The translations under genes and the position numbers were made by a program. From assembly GCF_009914755.1 (NCBI RefSeq), contig NC_060937.1: a stretch of 64,000 nt of DNA; one strand, given 5' to 3'. Source of the DNA: the human T2T-CHM13v2.0 reference genome, Homo sapiens. Of the stretch, positions 55,691 through 64,000 are shown one piece after another (within the stretch, counting starts at the first letter, position 1; every line of letters begins with the position of its first letter). A model generated the notes under the pieces. The model was not told the DNA's origin and ran no database searches. It saw only the letters and a list, made by a program, of their open reading frames with translations.

Positions 55691-56193
55691 TGTGGGGGAT
55701 GAACAGTGTCTTTCCTTCTCATCTGAGGTTCTTGGCTGAGGTCCCTATAATAAAAGACAGATTAACAAGATAAAAGCATATGAATGTATTTAATGTAAGT
55801 TTTATAAGGAAATGAAGACCTGAAGAAACGTGTAAACCAATGTATTTTTTATGCTAGACTTAATAAAGAAATTGATAGTCCATGGAGAAGTATGACTGGA
55901 CAAAGGGGGTATGATCTAATGGTAAAAAGCTAGGGAAAACTTAGCAAATCGTGTTCGTTCAGACTTTTTCCTATCTTCAGAGATAAGGATGTTCCTTTAT
56001 AGGCATAGGTAGGTGCCTCTCGAATGAGGGTCTTATGATCAGTTTCAGGGAAAGGCCAGAAAAAAAATCTTTCCTAGGTTTTATAACCTGCTTCAAGGAA
56101 AAAGGGGAAAGGGCAGAGTGGCCTTCCTGCTTCTGCTGTTTTCTGACATGCCATGGTGCCATATTTTCTAGTAACATGTCCCAAACACCATCA
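55691..56193 (-). mobile_element. ERV1-class solo LTR (MER31/MER67-like)
   Basis: TG..CA termini, AAAAGACAGATTAACAAG, GGTGCCATATTTT, and 4-bp TSD-like ATAG/GTAG. Confidence 0.65.
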
Positions 56194-56459
56194 GTAGAAA
56201 AGAAAGGTATTTCTCCTTCATCTTGTATCTTGCCAATTTATTTTACCTCCTTCTTGGCAAAATAATCTACACAGATTCTTCTCTAATTTTTATGCTCTCT
56301 TTTAACATTTGGATATTTTATGCCATTGCTATTTTTCAATATTTTTAAAGGTAAACTTATAGAATAGTAGTATCACTAAACTGTCTTTTTCATCTTTACA
56401 TCTCCACAGTTCATAAGACTGCCTGCTCTTATACGTGGTATTGTTCAATAATGTGTTTT

Positions 56460-56762
56460 TGTTTATTTGTTTGTTTTTTGAAACAGATTCTTGCTCTGTC
56501 ACCTAGGCTGGAGTACATTGGCGTGATCTAGACTCACTGCAACCTCCGCCTCCTGGGTTCAAGCGATTCTCCTGTCTCAGCCTTCTGAATAGCTGGGATT
56601 ACAGGCATATACCACTACACCCAGCTAATTTTTGTACTTTTAGTAGAGACTGGGTTTCACCACCTTGGCCATGCTGGTCTTGAACTCCTGACCTCAGGTG
56701 ATCTGCCCACCTCAGCCTTCCAAAGTTCTGGGATTACAGGTGTGAGCCACTGAGCCCAGTCC
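56460..56762 (-). mobile_element. AluSx/Sz
   Basis: CTCCTGACCTCAGGTGATCTGCCC, with TSD AATAATGTGTTTT / AACAATGTGTTTT. Confidence 0.9.
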
Positions 56763-57129
56763 AACAATGTGTTTTAATGACAACTGCATGCACACAAATT
56801 AGGGCCAGAAGGAAACTTAGAGATGACTAATTCAGCTGTCTCATTTTAAGGCCATATAGTCACTGAGTCCCACAGAGATTCGATGACTTGCCCAGTGTTA
56901 CCTAACCAGTCAATAAAAGGAACTAGATGCCTCCTGACTGATAATCCATATTAGTTTTTCCTCTTCAAAGATATGCTGGAAATATTTTGTGCAGGTGGTG
57001 TTTGTTTACATTTCCTACAATTAATTCCTGTATACATCTCTCATATAATCAAAACCAAAACCACATGTTCTGCCATTTATAATTAATAGGTTTGTCCATG
57101 CTACTTTATCAAACTTGGAACACTGCACA

Positions 57130-57617
57130 TGTGGTAGGCTGAATAAAAGACCCAAAATATAGCTAGGTTCTAAAACTCAGAACCTGTGAATGTTACATAT
57201 GTGGCAAAAGAAACTTAGGAGACAGAATTAAGTATCTTGAGATGGGGGAAGTTATCATGGATTATCTGAGTGGGTCTTAAATGTGGGTCCTTGTGGTTAC
57301 CACAAGGCAAAAGGAGATTTGACAGCAAAAAGAAAGTAATGTGAGGAGTGAAGAAAGATGCTACACTGCTAGCATTGGAGATGATGGAAGGGGCCAGGAG
57401 CCAAGGAATGCAAGCAATGAAGCTCTAGAAGCTGCAAAAGACAGGCAAATGGATTGTCCTACAGCCTCTAGAAGGAGTACAGCCCTACAGACACCTTGGT
57501 TTCAGTCCAGTGAAACTGATTTCAGACTTTTGACTTTCTGAAATAAGAGAGTAAATGTGTGCTGTTTTAAGCCACTGCTTGTAATGATTTGTTACAACAG
57601 CAAATAGAAACAAATAT
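57130..57617 (+). mobile_element. MLT1D-like solo LTR
   Basis: TGTGGTAGGCTGAATAA..GAACCTGTGAATGTTAC..GGCCAGGAGCCAAGGAATGCA..TTTAAGCCAC..TTTGTTACAACAGCAA. Confidence 0.8.
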
Positions 57618-58078
57618 ATTAGACATGGTATTGGTTGAGATTTAAGAGTCCTGGCTTGAACTCACTGACTTGCATCATCTCTCTAGATGTTAGTTCTACA
57701 AATGCCTGTGACTCTCAGATGCATCATGAAATTTCTCAGTACCATACTTTCACTCAAGCTCAGTGAGCCATCTCAATTTGAGATAACACTGCTCTGCTAG
57801 ATACCCAGATAGAGTCATAGGCACAGTTCATGTTACCCTATAAAAACCTTGGCATAAAATTTTAAAAGTTGCCCCCTCTAGGAAAATAAATTAGAAAAAA
57901 AAAAAATGGAGCCTTTACAGGAAGGATAAAGTCCCTCCGTCTTCCAGACAGCATGGTGCTGAAAGGGGCCCAAGCTTAGACTAGTGGAACATTGACCAAA
58001 TTTTATTTCCTCTTGATGCCCAGACCTTTGTTCAGTGCACACCTTATGCCAGGAACCTCCCTAGTGCCCAGCTCCTAA

Positions 58079-58166
58079 GAAAGAGGGAAGGAGGGAGGAG
58101 GAGAGAGAGAAAGAGAGGGAGGGAGGGATGGAGGGAGAGAGATTGAGAGAGAGAGAGAGAGAGAAG
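58079..58166. repeat. GA-rich polypurine / (GA)n tract
   Basis: Nearly pure purine run read directly. Confidence 0.85.
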
Positions 58167-58244
58167 CTCAGCTCAACACAGCCTCCCATGGAAATAGACA
58201 ATCTCACTGTCCCACTCCCTCTTCCAACAGGTACAAATCCTCAG

Positions 58245-59588
58245 TGGAACAGAACAGAGACCTCAGAAATAACACCGGTGACACATCTACAACCATCTGA
58301 TCTTTGACAAAACTGACAAAAACAAGCAATGGGGAAAGGATCCCCTCTTTAATAATGGTGCTGGGAGAACTGGCTAGCCATATGTAGAAAGCTGAAATTG
58401 AATCCCTTCCTTACACCTTATACAAAAATTAACTCAAGATGGATTAAAGACTTAAATGTAAGACCTAAAACCATAAAAACCCTAGAAGAAAACCTAGGCA
58501 ATACCACTCATAACATAGGCATGGGCAAAGACTTCGTGACTAAAGCACCAAAAACTAGACAAAAAATGCCAAAATAGACAAATGGGATCTAATTAAACTA
58601 AAGAGCTTCTGCACAGCACAAGAAGCTATCATCAGAGTAAACAGGCAACCTACAGAATGGGAGAAAATTTTTGCAATCTCTCCATCTGGCAAAGGGCTAA
58701 TATCCAGAATCTACAAAGAACTTAAATTTACAAGAAAAAAAAAACCATCAAAAAGTGGGCAAAGGATATGAACAGACACTTCTCAAATGAAGACATTTAT
58801 GCAGCCAACAGACATATGAACAAATGCTCATCATCACTGGCCATTAGAGAAATGCAAATCAAGACCACAATGAGACACCATCTCACAACGGTTAGAATGG
58901 CAATCATTAAAAAGTCAGGAAACAGATGCTGGAGAGGATGTGGAGAAATAGAAACACTTTTACACTGTTGATGGGAGTGTAAATTAGTTCAACCATTGTG
59001 GAAGACAGTGTGGCGATTCCTCAAGGATCTAGAACTAGAAGTACCATTGTATTCAGCAATCCCATTACTGGGTATATACTCAAAGGATTATAAATCATGC
59101 TACTATAAAGACACATGCACATGTATGTTTATTGCAGCACTATTCACAATAGCAAAGGCTTGGAACAAACCCAAATGTCCATCAATAATAGACTGAATAA
59201 AGAAAATATGCCACATATACACCATGGAATACTATGCAGCCATAAAAAAGGATGAGTTCATTTCATTTGCAGGGACATGACTGAAGCTGGAAACCATCAT
59301 TCTCAGCAAACTATCACAAGGACAGAAAACCAAACACCGCATGTTCTCACTCGTAAGTGGGAGTTGAACAATAAGAACACATGGACACAGGGAGGGGAAC
59401 ATCACACCCTGGGGCCTGTCGGGGGGTGGGGGGCTATTGGAGGGATAGCATTAAGAGAAATACCTAATGTAAAGGAGGAGTTGATGGGTGCAGCAAACCA
59501 ACATGGCACATGTATACCTATGTAACAAACCTGCACATTGTGCACATGTACCCCAGAACTTATAAGAAAAAAGAAAAACAAAAAGAAT
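58245..59588 (+). mobile_element. 5'-truncated L1PA6/7-like element (ORF2 3' portion + 3'UTR)
   Basis: ORF2 C-terminal peptides ([23 protein letters not shown]), 3'UTR and A-rich tail. Confidence 0.9.
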
Positions 59589-60289
59589 TGTCAGCTTTTT
59601 TTTTACACTAAATCACTACAAGCCTTGAAGGAACAAAAAATAGTGTGCATCATGGCCATGTTGCAATTACAATGTCATCAAAGTGACTTTTTTTAGATAA
59701 TTCTTGGTTAAATGTAAATATGCTACATATTCACTGAGATGCCTACTCTCATATTTGAAGGTCATAATTACAAAAACTAAACTAGTTAATAAGGACCATT
59801 TAAATTTTAAAATAAAGACAAAATGCATACGACCATTAAGATAGAAATCGCATCTATTCACTGTATAATTAAGCTATTGTGCTGGTTAGTTTGTTTTTCT
59901 AGGGTTGATTATGAAGTTTCCTCCAACTTTCTGAATATTGTCTTTTATTTAAGTTTTATAAGAAGTTTTCTGAATTGCCTTTATCAGAAAGTTAATACTG
60001 ACGAGAAATTACTATAATCACCAAATGTTAGCCACTGTATCGTATTGTACACACAGGACAATCCTTACTCCATAGTTAATACTATGGTAAAAATCTTGGG
60101 GATTTTTATTTTAAAGTGACACCTCTTCATTATAGAAAATTTAGAATATATAAACAAGCAAAAGAAGGAAACTAGGACAACCTGTAATTCTACAACCACA
60201 GATATCCTCTGAAAACAATTTTTAAATTTCACTATAATAAAATATAAGTCATATAATGTGTATAAAACTTATATTTATAGTTTAATAAA

Positions 60290-61600
<1,311 letters not shown>

Positions 61601-61738
61601 GGTCATTTTTTTGCAAGACCATGACTTATACATTAATTAATGAATAACAACTCTTTAAAAGTTGTCTTTTCCAGGCCATATTTGTCATTTACATGACTCC
61701 AGGCACTAATGAAACTTCATCAAATACTGAAAAGAAGC

Positions 61739-62096
61739 TGTATTAGTCTGTTCTCATGCTGCTAATAAAGACATACCCAAGAATGAGTAATTTATAAAGG
61801 AGAGAGGTTTAATTGACTCACAGTTCCACATGGCTGGGGAGGCCTCACAATCATGGCAGAAGGCAATAGAGGAGAAAAGTCACATATTACATAGCAGCAG
61901 GCAAAGAGAGCATGTCCAGGGGAACTGCCCCTTATAAAACCATCAGACCTCATGAGATTTATTCACCATCACAAGAATAGCACAGAAAAGACCTGCCCCA
62001 TGATTCAGTTACCTCCCACTGGGTCCCTCCCATGACATATGGGAATTGTGAGAACTACATATGAGACTTGGGTGGGGACACAGCCAAACCATATCA
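61739..62096 (-). mobile_element. THE1B/C solo LTR
   Basis: TGTATTAGTCTGTTCTCATGCTGCTAATAAAGACATACCC..GGGGACACAGCCAAACCATATCA, with TSD GAAGC / AAAGC. Confidence 0.9.
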
Positions 62097-63243
62097 AAAG
62101 CTAAGGCAGCCTTCTACAGAAAAAAAAAAGATGCCTCTAGAAATCCTGTTGTTATCTATTAAGCTGGGGATAAAACCTTCCCACTTAGTCAAAATGATGC
62201 CATATTGATCATCATCGTGGCCCTGTTGGATCAGCCTGTGTGACCTATATTGTGGCAGTAATCCCTGATGGCCTACTTGTTTAGTTCATAACAAGGACTA
62301 GCTCTCATATTTAAAAAGAGAAAACAATAAGTATAGACATAACACTACTTAAACTACACCTTGTTTTGGGAGTCTCGTCTAGTTCTCCAGGGATGGAAAA
62401 AATTGAATTATGAGAAGCCTCACAGACTTCAATGGCTAATCTCCCATATATTTGTTTTAAAATATCCCTCTACCATGTAACATTATTTCAGAGTGATCTT
62501 CTACTCAAGATAATCAGTTAAGTTGGGGGCAATTGAATGAATTAATGTCCACAAATTCCATAAACGAAATTAAAGCAAGTACATACAATACCAAGAACAA
62601 TAGCATTTGGCAATTCATGTGTTATTAAAAATAGGCACAGATCTGTGAATTGAAAAAACTTGTCATAGAACCAAGAACACTCCAAGAAATTTTGATTTCT
62701 TCAAAATATTTCCTCATTATCAAAAAAGTTGTTTTCTTATACTAATTTACATGGGATTTTGTACAGGGCCTCCTGGCCACATTTCCTGGAAAAGTTGATC
62801 CTTCTGATAGTGTAGACTATGTGATCTGCCAAATACTATCCTATTGTATATTCTTTTCAATATTACAAATAACTTTATACCAACAGGTAATCTTTCCAAG
62901 AAAACAGTGCTCATGTAGTGATCACATTGTGAAGGAAAAATATTGTTTTCCATAAAAGACATCATTAATTGGCCATTAATTTATTCCAACATTTGGAACA
63001 CCATGTGGGAATTATTTTTAAATTAGTTTGAAAACACAGGAGCATGGCTTCAATTCCACTTGCAATTTACAAGCACCTCCTCTACACCTAATTTAAAAAA
63101 CAAAATTTCTTGTAGTTACATTTCAGGGTTTGTTCAATTTTAACTGCCCAGTGTGGAAGCTAAAGGGGTCCTCTAAAAATCAAAACTGGCAGAAGAGATG
63201 AAAAACATTTTCTGGCTACCAGAGATGATCCCTACTGGGGGAG

Positions 63244-63374
63244 AGGGCATACAATTTATCATCCAAACCAGAACCATTTTTAGAATAAAAGGGAGGACTA
63301 GTATTATTAATTTACCTGGACAACAGGTATAAATCTGAACTGTCCCAGATAAGCCTGGGCATATGATCTCCCTA
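63244..63374. mobile_element. MER94-like hAT-Blackjack MITE
   Basis: CATACAATTTATCATCCAAACCAG..GGACAACAGGTATAAA..CTGTCCCAG..ATATGATCTCCCTA. Confidence 0.65.
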
Positions 63375-63814
63375 TCCATACTCGACCTTCAATGAGGTCA
63401 ATATTTACAGGATTAATGCAGAAGCTTTAGAAAATGACACAGCAAGTTCTGACCTAATACTTACCTTCATTTGGAAACTTCTATTAAAATAATATAGATT
63501 TTGTGGGGGAGGACTGGCCCTTTATCGCAATCAGGACATACCTACAGGACACTGGAAATTACATAATAAAAGAGAAAAACTGTAAAGGCGTTATAGTTGG
63601 AGGGATCAGGGGTTGGTAACTTGAATGGGATTTGTCATTGTGTCTGATCAACAGAGAAATTATTTTCTTACTTAGCACATGAACTTAAAACTCTTCCCCT
63701 AGCTGCATCAGAAGAGATAGCACAAAGAACAAAAAGTGAAGTTGCATTAAAGATAAAGAAAGCTGCCTTCCCTGATTTCAAAGAAAATCAGACAGGCATC
63801 ACACTTGAGCATTA

Positions 63815-64000
63815 CTATGGCATATTAACATATGAAAATCAATCTGTCTAATATACCACATTAATGAAATAAGGATAAAAAAGGATATAAATAAAGGATA
63901 AAATCATAATCATTCCAAAAGATGCAGAAAATACATTTAACAAAATCTAATACCCTTTTATATAAAGAATAGTCAATAAACTACAAATACAGGAGAACAT
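63815..64000 (+). mobile_element. Ancient L1M ORF2 (RT region) fragment running off the window
   Basis: Degenerate AAATCAAT..TACCACATTAA..AGATGCAGAAAA..ATTTAACAAAAT ([10 protein letters not shown] region). Confidence 0.6.

Overview
AT-rich primate genomic DNA, very probably human because it carries a near-consensus AluYa5-type element. It reads as intergenic or deep-intronic. I can support no host protein-coding exon, RNA gene or CRISPR-like array. The only real long ORFs belong to a full-length, retrotransposition-dead L1PA4-like LINE-1 at 1037-7187 (-), with ORF1 open and ORF2 broken. The rest is layered TE debris: Alu Y/S/J, truncated L1PA 3' ends, THE1/MLT/ERV LTRs, HAL1, L1M, L2, MIR and MITEs. 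Subfamily names are from recalled consensus sequences, not a database run. Two structures are not explained by ordinary repeat annotation. (1) An ancient ~650-bp inverted duplication (40363-41010 vs 45350-46016), with a third ~250-bp copy between the arms bracketed by its own ~26-bp inverted repeats. (2) Two tandem Alus and an orphan 13-nt spacer enclosed by a single target-site duplication (TSD). I see no convincing evidence of a new protein-coding system.
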